NCBI GenBank assembly: GCA_965112735.1
Contig: OZ218955.1
Location: 2,294,001-2,358,000 of the forward strand
DNA: 64,000 nt
Source of the DNA: Phaeosaccion multiseriatum
Lineage: Eukaryota; Protista; Ochrophyta, other classes
Reading direction: 5' to 3'
This document shows positions 12,678 to 25,400 of this stretch, piece by piece (positions within the stretch are counted from its first letter, which is position 1; each line of letters opens with the position of its first letter). The notes beneath the pieces were generated by a model. It was not told the DNA's origin, ran no database searches, and saw nothing but the letters and a program-made list of their open reading frames with translations. The position numbers were made by a program, and so were the translations under genes.

Positions 12678-12907
12678 AAAGAGAGAGGTGAGAGAGAGGG
12701 CGAGAGAGAGCGGGAGGGAGGGCAGGAGAAAGAGACGAGAGGGAGAGGGGATAGAGAAGACAGAGAGGGAGGGAGAGAGCGCCCGTACACAGAGCGAGAG
12801 AGAGGCAGAGAGAGGAAGTTAAGCTCCACTCCTAAAGCTTCAACTCAGCGCTCCCTCACCTGAATGTATTCCGGTGGGAAGACCAGCTGGTGCGTCTGCT
12901 GCTCCAT
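11819..12907 (-). CDS. Hypothetical basic protein, ~161 aa (exons 12907-12860 and 12256-11819)
   Basis: ATG at 12907, MEQQTHQLVFPPEYIQ, GTGAG donor, CT-rich intron and CAG acceptor join in frame to ENVHDEVIKRAVVERW...; no family recognised. Confidence 0.5.
12260..12815. repeat. GA-rich simple repeat, with a near-pure (GA)n core at ~12581-12674, inside an intron
   Basis: Visible dinucleotide run. Confidence 0.95.
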
Positions 12908-13189
12908 GGACACGGGAAGCGCCACGAATCGTGTGCCCGAAAACTCGAAATCGAAACGCCAAATCTTCACTTCACATGTTGTGTGTATAATACTCGCCAT
13001 TTGAGCAAACACGCATCTCCCTTCTCACATCGGGCTCCTTTCTAATTAAATTCTTGAATGCAAGTAGAGAAGGTCTTTTCGGCAACTCCACCCGCAACAA
13101 CGTATAGAAGGCTCTAGGAGGAGGTCCCATCCCCCCTCAGGTTTTACGTTTTCTTTGTTTGGTTGGAGCTCAGCGAGACCGGCCTTCCA

Positions 13190-14750
13190 ACTAGTTCCTG
13201 CTCCCAAGGCGATGCGCCGCCCGGAAAATCTGACGCTTCTTGGGTGGGTCAGCTACACGTGGGCGCCACGCCACGGGGGGGGTGAGGGGGCGAAGAGAGC
13301 AAGAGCTTGTCGACCACTTGTTCCCTCGTTGTATTGTAGGCCTTCCTTATCAGCGAGACAAAAGTTGCATAATCGTCTTGAGCAAGGAGGCGACGCGGGA
13401 GGGCCTCGCAAGGTCACCTACGCGACGCGCTCTCCTCGTTGGCCTGCAGAGTCGCCAGTTTGGCCATCACTTGCTCCCTCGTTGTATTGCTGGCCTTCCT
13501 CAGCAGCGAGGCAAAGGTTGCATCATCGTCTTGAGCGATGGCAGCGAGGAGGCGACTCCGCAGGATGGCCTCGCCGGGGGGTGCAAGTGGGGCACTGTCT
13601 CGGTCTCGAGCGGCCACCGATGCCTCTTTTTCTAGCCGAGCCTGACGAGAGATCAAAGGCAGATAGTTCAGCTCATTCATCCGGCCGAGAAACACCTTGA
13701 CGGACGTGACAGCCGTCCACCTCTGACCTTTCCCGCTCGCAGCACTTCGAGTCGCGCTTTGAGTTTCGCTGCGCTTCCGTCGGCTTTTGCGAGCCGCTCC
13801 TTTAATTGTACCTGTCCATTTTGGTATGGGGAATTCTGTTGTTCAGCCTTGGGGCTCGAGAAAATCAGAGAGACACACGCCACCTACATTCTCGGCCTGG
13901 AGGATGGAGCGGCTCTTTAGCGACGCCCGAAGATCCACAACCAAGTTGCTATTGTTCTCCTCCAGAGAGACCCTGGAGCTTTGCTCATGCTGGAGAGCGG
14001 CCTGCAGCTTTGCGGCTGTGCTGAGAGCCTCTTGGAGTTGTGCTTGCGCTCTAAAAGCGGGTGCACGGCATTCACGGGCAATCACCTCCTCCTGCTTCTT
14101 TACCACCCTCAGCAGGGCGGCCCGGCCACTCCGAAGCGTTTCAATCGATCTCCTCTCCTCTTGCAACTGTGGGTGAAGACGACAAAGAAAATGGTAGAGC
14201 GAGTGAGCAGATGACCCCCTCTCTTCCCCACATCTCCCCCTCTCTCTTCCTCATCTTATTTGACCTGAGTCACGTGCAGACTCTCCATCTCGCGAACCAA
14301 GCGCTCCAAAGCACGGCTGGCACGCCGCTCCTTTTCCAGCTCATCTCGGGTCACATTCAGCTGCTCGCTCAAGGTCACTGAGCGGGTGTAGATATCGTCC
14401 AGAAACTCACCAGCGGCCTTCTGCTCCGCGGAGCTGTTGGGGGGAGGGAGAAGGAGTAATGAGGTGGGCTCAGGTTCTCTCCATCTCGTACGACTCTTTT
14501 GCCTTCCTTTGGCTTGTCTCTCGTCTCGATCTCTGTGCTTCACTCTCATCTCTCTTCCTCTCAATCTGGAGGCCTCCTGCTCCCACTCTCTAGCCGTGCC
14601 TCCCTCCCTCTCCATCTCCTTCTCTTTTCTCTCTCTTTCTCTCTCTCAATCTCTCTCATTCTCTCTCTCCCTCTCTCTCTTTCTATCTCTCCCTCTCTCG
14701 CCCTCTCTCTCTCCGTAGGGCCACACCTACCTTAGACGTCTCGATGCCAT
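13190..14750 (-). CDS. Hypothetical coiled-coil protein, multi-exon; 3' end uncertain (13414 or ~13190)
   Basis: MASRRLS|SAEQKAAGEFLDDIY...ELEKERRASRALERLVREME|LQEERRSIETLR...|VQLKERLAKA...; heptad-like E/K/R/L composition and GT-AG junctions. Confidence 0.5.
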
Positions 14751-14922
14751 CGAAGCTCCCCGCGTTTTCCCTCGTTCATCGTGCTTGGGGATATAAAAGG
14801 GGGCGCGAGGAATTTATTCATTGACTTACTCCTTTCGAAAGACGCCGAAACGATCGTCGCCAAACCTTGGAGACCCAACTTCTATGCCTTTTTTTATTCC
14901 CTCCCTTTCTCCCATTCTTCCC

Positions 14923-15959
14923 ATGGCCCTACTGCGACAGGCCTCGCAGCCATTGGCCTGGGTAACCGTCGGGGGCACGTGTACCTTCGCCTTGCTTCGC
15001 TGCGTTGGCGCCTTTCGGAAGAGCAGGAGGGGCCTTCACGGCGGTGAAGGCTGGCTTGGGCCAGTGTTCTCTGGGCGAACGCTGAGGGAGCAGAGGGAGC
15101 AGCAGCAGAAGCAGCAGGAGCACCCTTCTGATGTTGCCGCTGCTGCTACAGCTGCGCCGCTAAAGAAGAGCATGCTTTACACCAAGACAGGAGACAAAGG
15201 CGAGTCGTCTCTGTACAATGGAGAGAGGCGGAGCAAACTGGACGACACGTTCGAGGCGCTGGGGGCGTGTGACGAGCTCAACGCGGCCGTGGGAGTGGCC
15301 AGGGAATATTGCATCGCCTCTCGGAACGGGCTGCATGGGCTTCTCGAGGAGATTCAGTGCCATCTTCTCGACATTGGATCCGCAATAGCAACGCCAAAGG
15401 TGCGAGTGTGTGGCCAAGGGGGCGGAGGATTAGCAACCCCTTTGGAGTCTGATAGTGTTCGCTCTCTGCCTCAGGACAAGTCTAGCGATGCCAAGCTGCA
15501 AAGGACTTTGTTTGACGCAGCGGCTACGGCGCAGCTGGAAGCGGCCATTGACGCGTTGGACTCTCGTGTGCCTCCTCTACGGTGAGAGGGGCGGTATTAA
15601 GGGCTGAGCACGCGGCCCAAGCCGGAAGCATCCCTAGGCTCCCTCTTGTTTCCGTTTCTGTTCCTCTCATCTGCCTGCCTGCTGTCTGTTCTGTTGTCCT
15701 GTTCTTCTAACTGCCTTGCACGTTCCTGCTCCAAAGGGCCTTCATCCTTCCTTCTGGAGGGCTGAGCGCAACACACCTTCACGTAGCCCGGACTGTGTGT
15801 CGGAGAGCGGAGAGACGGGCACTGCCCCTTGTGGAGAGCAACCAAACGGACGAAGATGTACTCAAGTACCTCAACAGACTCAGCGACTTCTTTTTCGCCG
15901 CAGCACGCTACGCGTCAGTGGTGGAGGAGCAGAAGGAGACGGAGTGGAGGAAAACATAG
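14923..15959 (+). CDS. MMAB: ATP:cob(I)alamin adenosyltransferase (PduO/MMAB type)
   Basis: LYTKTGDKGESSLYNGERRSK, GACDELNAAVG, IQCHLLDIGSAIATP, FILPSGG...HVARTVCRRAER, KYLNRLSDFFFAAARY; N-terminal presequence-like extension. Confidence 0.93.
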
Positions 15960-16167
15960 GAGCACATAGCTTATACATTACATACATGGCGTCCTCCCTG
16001 GCTCCCTCCCGTTGAATGGCAGCGGCACAACTTCTTCTTGGCTGAGTTGGCTCACATTTCAGTTGGATGTTGATAGAAGAAGGTACCAGAGCAAGTTGTG
16101 ATGAGGTGAGGTTGGAACCAGTGGTTCCGTGACTCGTCCTTATCAGACATGCGACTAAGCGGAGGCT

Positions 16168-16314
16168 TCGACTCCTGACCCGCTATCCGCTATCCGCTAT
16201 CGTCAGCCGGCACGCTATCCGCTATCGCCGGCGCCAGTCGGCGCGCTATCTGCTATCGGGGGGGGGGCGGTAGCGTGCTATCGAGAATGTGGGCGATAGC
16301 GCGTTCAGGGTCGA
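16168..16314. repeat. Small TIR-bounded element with CGCTAT repeats (MITE-like)
   Basis: Left TCGACTCCTGACCCGCTATC against right GATAGCGCGTTCAGGGTCGA (imperfect inverted repeat); internal CGCTATC tandem units. Confidence 0.55.
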
Positions 16315-16498
16315 GAGGCCGATACCGACTTTGGGGTCGATATTGTGTGGGATGTAGAGGTCGAAATCGACCCTTCTTATAATAAGGAATTCATAATTTC
16401 AATTCCCGAGCCGTTGACCATCCCTGTGAAGCCTTGGCCCTGTTCATAAGGAGGGGGATGCGAAGCCTTTGATTGGGCCCTTGTGCGCCAGCAGTAGA

Positions 16499-19400
16499 AT
16501 GCTGAGCTGGATAAAGAAGGGTGCCCAGAAGGTGGGCAACAATAACCCTGCTGGCGGCGATGACAGGGGTGTTAGCAGGGGGGGAGGGGGGGGCGGCAGC
16601 ACCAGCACGAGCAGCAGGAGCAATGTACAGAATATGCGGAATCTCGCCCAGCGAGCCAGACGTAGCTCGGGAGGGGCGGCTCCCCAAGAGGTCGGTGTTG
16701 TGGGCGAAAGTGAGGACGACGACCATCTGCTCTCTGAGCGAATCGCCTCTGTTGCAGTGAACCTTGTTCGGGAGATCCAGCGTATTGTCCGGGCCGCCAA
16801 GCAGCAGCAGCAGCAGGAGGAACGCTCGGGGAGCAGTCCTCGGCCTTCGCGGAGTCCGTCCCCTGTTGTTGGCGGGAGTCCCAGGCGATCAGCCAAGGAG
16901 CCCCGTCCACGATGGGCTGGAACTGAAGAGCTTCTCTCTTTGCTTACGGGGGGGCTTGAGTTTTCCGAAAAGCAAAAGAGGGATCAGGAGAGTGCCCTAG
17001 AGTTTTCTAGTACGGATCCGCAAGACCCAATGCCAACCTCTGACGGTGAAAAGCTCTTGAGGATGGGCTCTGTTGTGGAGGACGCCTTGGTACCAGAGGT
17101 GTTTGGGGACTTGGTGGGCATGCTGCTCTCAGAGGACACAAAGGACCACCCAAGCTTTACCAGGCTTTGCGTCACTGCAAACCTACCAGCAAATCTCGTC
17201 AATTGCCTCCGGATTATGCGAGTCATGGAGGATGAGAGTGCATCTGGTCTCGCCTGTGGGGGAGAAGCAGGGGCCACGGCGCAGGCGCTTGCCGAGCCTC
17301 TGAAAATGGCCACCGCGAGAGTGTCGGAGCTGTTGGTGCAGCTATGTCGCTCTGGAGACGGGCGAGTGGGGGAGCAGATCAAGGCGCAGCTGCCAGGTCT
17401 CTTGAATCTGGCCGTGAGCGCCTATCCCGCCAACGGCGTCCACGTGCAGCTGGCAGGGCAGAAGGTCGTCACAGCATTAGCAGAACACTGCTTTGCGCAG
17501 AGCATGGCCCTCAATCTGCACTACAATAAGGTGTCTACCTACCTGCCTACCCACCTAGTTCCCTACCGCCCTGTTTGCCTGTCTACCCGCCTATTCCCCT
17601 ACCTACTTATCTTCCTGATTACCCACCAATTTTGCCAAGCTACTTACCAGCGGACGAATGTGCATCTAACAAGGGAAGAATTGCAGTTTCTTATGGCCTA
17701 ACGCTCTCCCGACAGGTGATGGCGGACATGGCGGACGAGCTCCGCAACTTGTCCGGCATGGACCAGGAGGAGTGGGCCAAAGCCAACCCTCAGGTAGCCA
17801 TGCTCGAGCTCACGGGGGCGGATGCCGAAGAGCAGGGCATGTGGCTCACGGCCATTGAGGTCATTGTTAGTGTGTGCACGCGGGGCAGTCGCTTGGTGCC
17901 TGCCATCACCGAGGATCTGGAGGCCTGCCAAGGTGAGGGAAGACGCTTCTCCTATTACCCACTACAGCAGAAACATCATCTTTCGGGGACTCCAAGCTAA
18001 CTACTTGACTCCACTGCTGCTGCTGCTGCTGCTGCTGGTGGTGTTGGTGGTCCTCCCCAACACATAACGCAACGATCAAACAAACAGTGTACGCAGTGCT
18101 GGTGTACATGGTCCAGCACAGCAAGCCTGAGCGCTTGAATGCAGTGCTGGAGCAAGTGTGTGTGCTGGTGACCGCCGTGCACCCCTCCACTGGACTGAGC
18201 CCGTTGCGCCTGGGCTCGAGGCCCGACGGCTCTCCTCTGAGTCCATCCTCCTTCGCCAAAAGTCAGGCTGCGCTGGTGGTCAACAACCCTGGCGCCTTTA
18301 CGGTCATCGCCACGCTTTTTGTAAGCTGCACGCCAACGTTGGCGGCCATTGCTTCCCTGTGGGAGGCAGACGAGGCCTCTGTGCAAGCACGAGGCGGTGG
18401 GCGTATCACGTGCATGCCGTGTGGCTTGGACGAAGGCCTGTCTCAGGATGTGGCGTTCGACATTGAGGAGGCCGTGCATGGCGTGGCTCAGAGTGCCGTC
18501 AGCATGAGACTAGCGAGGTTAAGGCGCCACCATGGGAACGGTGCCGGCACTGGGGGGGAGGAGGAGGGGGGCGACGAGGACGACGAAGATGGGGGGGAGA
18601 GCGTAGAGCAGGTGCAAGAGGGCGATGCCTTCCGCCTCCGCCTGCTGCACTCGGTTTTAGAGGTGTACACCAATCACTCCGCCAACTACGGAGCCCTGGA
18701 GCCTCGCTTTCACGTGCTGTCTCTCTTTTTGGCCTCACTGCCGTACTTTGAGGCCGAAGAGCTCAAGCGGATGGCGCTCAAGACTCTGGAGGTGCGGAAA
18801 GGCGCCAAGGTCTCTCTCTCTCCCTCAAACTCTCGAACATGATGCAACTCTCTCTCTCTCTGTCTGTCTGTCTGCCTGGCAGGTGACTTGTGTCATGTTT
18901 GGAGACGTGCATCCTGTGGCGGCCCTCCACAGCATGTGTACGTCCATGGGAGTGTGTCTGGGGCAGGTGAGGAGGTCTTGGTGGCATTGGCCCACTATCC
19001 ACGACTCTTACGTGATGCCTTTTGGTGCCGCTGTTGCTTCAGATTCTGTCTCGTTTGCAGGACAAGGAAGATCCTAGTGCCGAAACCGAAGACCCCAGCT
19101 CCGAGTTTGCGGCATGGTCTGATAAGGTTCCTTTACGAGTTTTGGCAGCGGAAGAGACGCGCACCCTCGCGCAGGCCCACGCGCTGCTTGAGGACGCGGA
19201 CCTCATGCGCAAGGTGCTTGAGAAGCTCCTCGAGTTCGACGAGAGAAAGTACGCGCAAGTGTTCGCGCAAGCGGGCCTGCTCGATCGGGTACGGGAGTTG
19301 CTTGTGCTTGGCTTTTGTAGCGCTGGCTTGTAACGCCCTCTGGCGTGTGGCTGCTTGGCCTAAGTCTATTCCATCTCTCTCTCTCTCTCAAAGGTAATTG

Positions 19401-22400
19401 GTGGGATGCTCGACAGAGCCCTCCGCCTGGACGTGGCTGCATACCCGGGAGCTGAGGAGTGCTGGCGAAAGGGTGCAGCGCAGAAGGAGCCTGGACCGGT
19501 ACGGATTGGGCGGGCGCTTACCGTTTCTTTTGTTGGGGGCTAGTTTGTGGAACACCTCTCAATTTTCTCCACCCCTTCCTCTATAACCCCCTTCAGGTTG
19601 GCCTTGTGACGTCGGTTCTGAGCCTGCTGTGCCAACTGCTCAGCCTCCTGCTGGCCCACAACAGGGCCTTGGTCAAGACCTTCCGCAAGCTGCGTCTGCA
19701 CCGCGTGCTGTACGAGGTTATCAAGACGTGCGGCCCGCGGGCGGTGGAAGTGGCGCTGGCGGTGCGTACGTATGTTGCTTCTCTCTCCTCCCCTTTGTGT
19801 GTGTGTGTGCGTCTCCAGGCAGGCCTCCTCTGCAAAGAGAACCCTAGCCCTGACGAGCGAAACCTTGCATCCGTGTGTGTGTGTGTGTGTGTATGCTGCT
19901 GGCAGGTGCTCGAGAGGGCGGCTGCCGTGGACCCCGTGGCCGCGACGGACGACCTGGCGTTCTTGGTGGAGCTGGTGCAGAGCGGCGCGAGGAGTAGTCG
20001 CTGGCGGCAGGGAGTTGCCTTGGACGGCTTGAGGAGCCTCTTGGTATGCGGAAATGACAACGTCAAGGATCTGTGGAGGAAGACGCACGGCTTTGAGGCC
20101 ACTCTTTCGGGCATGCATCGGCTGCAGTTTCCCAGCAACGACTCTAGCGATGAGGACAACGACGAAGCGGCGGCGTGCTTCGAGGTGCTGACTCGCGCCA
20201 TGCACACTCTCACTGCGGCGCTCTCCGCCGGTAGTGCCGATCAGCAGCGAGGGGCAGCCCTTCGCGGCCATGCTCGGAACAGACTCTATTTGAGAGACCG
20301 CATTGGGTATGACAGCGTTGCGTCGGCCCTCATCAACTCGGGCGTGTTCCGCCACGAGGCGTATGCGCGGCCTGCGCTCGACCTCGTCCTGCACATGATC
20401 GTGGAGTGCGCGCCCCCCCAGAGCAAGGACTCTCTCGCCAAGACGCCGGTTCGAAATACCGACGCGGTGTTGGTGCTGTTCGGAGTGCTGCCCTCTCTCG
20501 CAGAGGCCTTGGCAAAGGACACCGGCGAGCGCTTTCTGCAGGCAGTGAGGGCAGGCTCATATGCGGAGCTCGAAGCCCTGGTGCGGTCCGGCGCTGTCAA
20601 AAGACTCGCAGGAGAGCTGGCCATGGCCGCGGCGATGGCAGCAAACGGAGGAGGCACCTTGTCCCACCAGACAGTCTCCGCCTTGTGGCCAAGCGGTTCC
20701 TCCAGAGCATCCCCGAATAGTCAGCCTTCTTCGAGACGGGAGCTCTTGCGCCTCCCCAACAGCAGCAGTAGTAGCAGCAGCAGCGGCACGGCCGGCGCCG
20801 CTGCCCAGTCCTTCATGCTGGAGCTGTTGGTGATTCTGGGCGGGCACCGACTAGCCGTGGTGGATCTGCAGCCTGTGATCCGGGCTGTCACCCTCCCTCT
20901 CTTGCTGGACAAGTATGGGGTGCTCGTGTCTCCGCTCGTGTGGCCCATGGGCCCTCTTGGGCGGAGGGCACAGCAGCAGCACGGGGGCGCTGTGCGACGG
21001 TCTGGTGAAGGCTCCTTGGAGCGCTCGTCGCTCGTGGCTCGCCTCTGCGGTCAAGGTAAGACTGGGTTCTGGGAGGGAGGGGGGCGATTCCCGATTGTCA
21101 CCTTCGTTCGCCTGTCTCAAGATGGACAATCGACTGTGTCAAGCAGGGGCCCTGGATATCAAAGACTTCGCGGAGTCTGAGGGCCACTGGGGCATGCTCG
21201 ACACTCTCGTGACTTTGGCCAAGAGGGGCGCGGATGACACACCCTTCCTGCGCCTCGGAGGCAGAGCAGGCACAGACCTGCAACAGGTATGTATGTCCAT
21301 CCATCTCTCTTGAGAAGTCCACCTAATCCCCATCTAAGCACGACACACTCACCACTCCTTCCAGATTTGTCAGGCGACAGAGAGCGTCTCAAGAGACGGG
21401 AGGAGTGATGACCCCGGCCGCCTCCTGTCGACCAAGGTGGCCATGAAGGAAGCGGCCGTAGCGGAGGGGCTGCGCTTTGTGCACGTCCCTGTGCTCGACG
21501 GAGGGGCGCACAGTCCGAGTGGGGCGTGGCCGAGTGCAGCGGGGTACACGTTTGCTTGCTGGATTCGATTCAACCCCCCACCCCCGGAGGAGTTCCCTGC
21601 CGCCTTGGACGACTTGATGCCTCTGCAGAGCATGAAGGATGCCTACTGGACGGGGGGGGGCTGGGGGGGCATCACGGGAGGGGGTGACAGCAGCAAGGGG
21701 AAGGGGGGCAACGGAGGGAAGTTTGGGGAGACTGCTCGCCCACCTTCGGGTGTGAATGCGGGGGCTAAGGGCTCTAGCAGTGGTAGTAGTAGCAGTAACA
21801 GCAGCAGCAGCGACTCGCAGCTGCTTGACTTCCCGGGCTTCGATGCGGGCGTGCAGCTCATCTGGATTGCGTCCTTCGTGTCCTTCGACGGAGCCGACTT
21901 CCTGCAGGTGTGTAAGAGGCTCACTGTGCTTTATATCGGATAACCTCATCTTGAGCCTCAGTGGGGTGTTTGGGAGTGCTTCCTAACAACACTTTTGTCT
22001 TTTGCGTCTCCACCATCTGCACCAGGTGTATTTGGACCAAGGGAATCTGCAGATTTGCATCCGCTCCAGCATTTGTCCACGAAAAGAGGCCCGACTGCGC
22101 GCGATCCCGCATTTTGCGGCAGGCGGGAGCGACTGCTGGCACCACATTATGCTGACGCATAGCCGGCCAAAGTCGAGACTGCTGGGCACGAGAGACAAGG
22201 TGAAGCATGAGGTCGATGCAAAGAACACACCCAGCCTCCCCCTCCTCACTCCGTTCACGCTGCTGCCCCCCTTGTGTGCATTGCTGCAGCTGACTGTGTA
22301 CGTTGATGGCGAGCTGCTCGACACAATCAAGCTTGACCCCATGAGCTTCAACGGGGCCGCTCCGTTTAGCCCGAAAGGCGAAGATGGCAGCAAGGGCAGC

Positions 22401-25400
22401 GCGGGGAGCGCCAAGTCGAAGCCCGCTGATGGGGGTCCGAGCTGCTACCTCGGCTGCCCCCCACCACTCGCCTTCCGGGACCCCTCGCTGGGCCACACAC
22501 TCGCCCCTTCGTGGCACATGGTACGTACGCACGCGCGCACCCCGATTTTCTGTTTTCGGCATCCATAGCAACCACGTACTGACTGAGTGACTGACTGACT
22601 GACTGACTCGTCAGGGCCCGTGTTGGCTGATCAACGAGCCCCTGGAGGGAGAGCTCGCCACTCTGATGTTCGCCGTGGGCCCATCGTACACGGGGGCGTG
22701 GGACGGGGAGAGGCCTGTCCACGCAGCCAAGGCTGTCATATCCACCTCCGTGGTGCGGAGGTTGCATGCGTTTGGAGGAAAGGTGAGTGAGGCCGCGCGG
22801 ACACTTTTCACGGTGAATGGAAGTCGACTCGACTCGACTGCTGGTCACCAACCCCTACCTCGTGATTCCTTGGCGTGGTGCTGGCGCAGGCGGGCTTCAA
22901 CCCTGTCGGGGGAGATATTGGCACGGCCTTGCGACGCCGCTCGCTGCTGCACCTCGAGAAGTTCTTCAACGTGTCCGACAGGTACGGACGATCGTAGGCA
23001 CATGATGTGGCCAGTGCGTTGCCTCGTGTGCTTTGCCACCGCCTCTCTGACTGGACCGTGCCCCCCGCTCTCCCCCTTAGAATCTACCACCGCGCCGCAG
23101 AAGAGAGCGCGTTTGTGACGTCAACTTTCTTCGAGCTGCTGGCGCCCGAGAATCTGTGCTTCGCCTACAATGCGCACAACAGCGTCGCCGGGCAGAGCCT
23201 TGGGGGGGGAGACGCCTCTATGGAAGAGCGCCAGGCAGACGCCCCGGCACCGCCCGGTGTTGCGGCAAGTGTCAGAGTTGCGCCTCTGGCCAGCAGGAGC
23301 AACGCCGTGGCAGGCCATCTCGTCAACGGATGGCTCCTCAACAGGGGGGCAGAGGCCTCCACAGCGGTGTGGGCGGCCTTCCCCTCCGCCGCCCTGTACG
23401 GGGAGGGCCTCGTGGTGAGGCCGCAGGGACTGGCGAGAAGCCTCAGCGGCAGCGGGGGGATCCAGGTGGTGCTGCCTCTTGTGATGCGCGCACAAAACTC
23501 GGCGTCGCTGTGCTCCACCATCAGACTTATCGACGCTTTGGTCCGCGGCAGCGAGGTGAGGTGGGGCAGCAGACTGTGGCAGCCACACACACGCTATTCG
23601 TTACCCTTGGCTTACACCCTCCCTCCCTCATGTATGTCAGGCGAATACACGCTACATGCAGACAGGCGGGGGCTACTTGGTGCTCGCCAATCTCCTCAGG
23701 GAAAAGCGCTTCTTGCTCGGACAGAGTGTCATCGAGGCGTGCTTTGAAATGGTGGTAGACAGGACGCCAACGCTCTCCATCTGCGAGGCAGGCGACCAAG
23801 GTCCTTGCCCTCCCAAGGACTCACTCGACAAGAAGCTGTGGGAATGGGAGAACGAAGCCGTCTTCTCGCCGGAGAAGCATAGCGGCCTTGGTCCATCTAG
23901 CAGCCCGTTCCTGATTCTGACCGACCCCTATGCGCTGAAGCATCTTCTCATGTACCACCACGTGTGGGGCCTGGGCAGCAGAAGGCTCATGATCGACTTG
24001 CTGGCCTCTTTGAACAAGCTTGTGAGTCCGGAGAACGCCTCGGCCTACTGCAGATTCAACGCCCGAGTGCTACTCAGATGCGGCGTCTTTCGGTGAGTGC
24101 GTGTGTGTGTGCACAGCATCTCTCACAACAGAACGACGCGTCAGTGTCAAGGCAGGAGCTGAGCCCCCCCCCCCCCTCCGCAAAACGTGCATGGAAATAG
24201 GTGGGTGCTGCATCTCATGCTGGAGGCTGCGGACTGCTGCAGCAAGACCTCGTCGCAGTGGTCGGCAACGCTGCGCCCCTCTGCGGCGCTGGCGGCGGCA
24301 GGCCTGGACGTGCGGGACCCCTTCCTGACCCACTGCGCGTTGCTCATGCAGAGAGTGCTCGCCATCTGCATGGTGGACAGGGACTTTGACAGAGTCGTCG
24401 GAGCAGCCCTCAGGTGCGTTGGCGGATAAAGACAGGCAAAAAATGCATGGCCACCGACAAAGATGGACAAAAGGTTGCATGGCCACCGGCATAGCATGAT
24501 CCATCAGCACAGGTATTCCAATCCATCTTCTCTTTCGTGTGTCTTGTGTCTTGTATGGGGGCAACAGCACTCTCGCGGACGGCGCACCAGCCAAGTCAGC
24601 CACCCCCAAGAAACGAGTAGGAGCACACGAGGACACCACTGGGGGTGCACCAAGAGACTCAGCAGAGACCGCGGAGGGAGTGATGCAGAGGATGGGGATG
24701 GAAGCGGGGGAGGGCTCTCGCGGAAACGAGGTGCTTTCGGGACAGGCCCTAGTGCGGCTGAATCTGCTGCGCACTCTCCTCGAAGTGCTCACCCTGTGCA
24801 CGACGGCGGCCTCTCCCACAGAGAAGCAGAGGGAGGAGCATGTCCAGGAACGTCTTTTCTCCTCTGAGCCCAAAGCAGGGAGCGGGGACTCGTCCATCTC
24901 CTCGGGGAATCGTCCTCCGGGTGGGGCGCAGGAAAACGCCCACGTGGGCCACATGCTGGAGGGACGCTACGTGGCGGGGCTCGGAGTGCGCTGCTTGGAG
25001 AGTCAGGTCGACGTAAGCAGCAGTGGCAGTAGTGGCGACAGTGGCGGCAGTAGTGTATGCAGAGCAAACTGCGCAGGAGGCGCTGGCGCGCGTCCGCTCT
25101 ACTTTGGCAAGAAGACGCGGGTAGTGAGTGTTGCGTGCAGAGCGCTCAAGCCCGACTGGTTCATGAGCCTCCTCGAGACCGCAGGGGACGAGGCGAGCAC
25201 AGTGTGGGCCCTGCGCCTTCTCGGGACCATGATGGACGAGTCAGCGGACTTTGTCTCCAGCTTCTGCGCTGCCGAGGTGAGTGCTAACTTGCTACTGCCC
25301 TTTCTCCGCTTAGTACCCCCGCCCCCCTCAACCCGTTAACGGTGATGCACGACGACTAATAGTAACCCCCACCCCCTTTCCTCTTTCTCCTCTTCCACGG

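Noticed and set aside
11819-12863. SLSL/RERE-rich ORFs
   Set aside because: Translations of an intronic GA microsatellite.
3586-15959. SHMT and MMAB as a one-carbon/B12 cluster
   Set aside because: Separated by four unrelated genes; adenosylcobalamin serves methylmalonyl-CoA mutase rather than the folate cycle.
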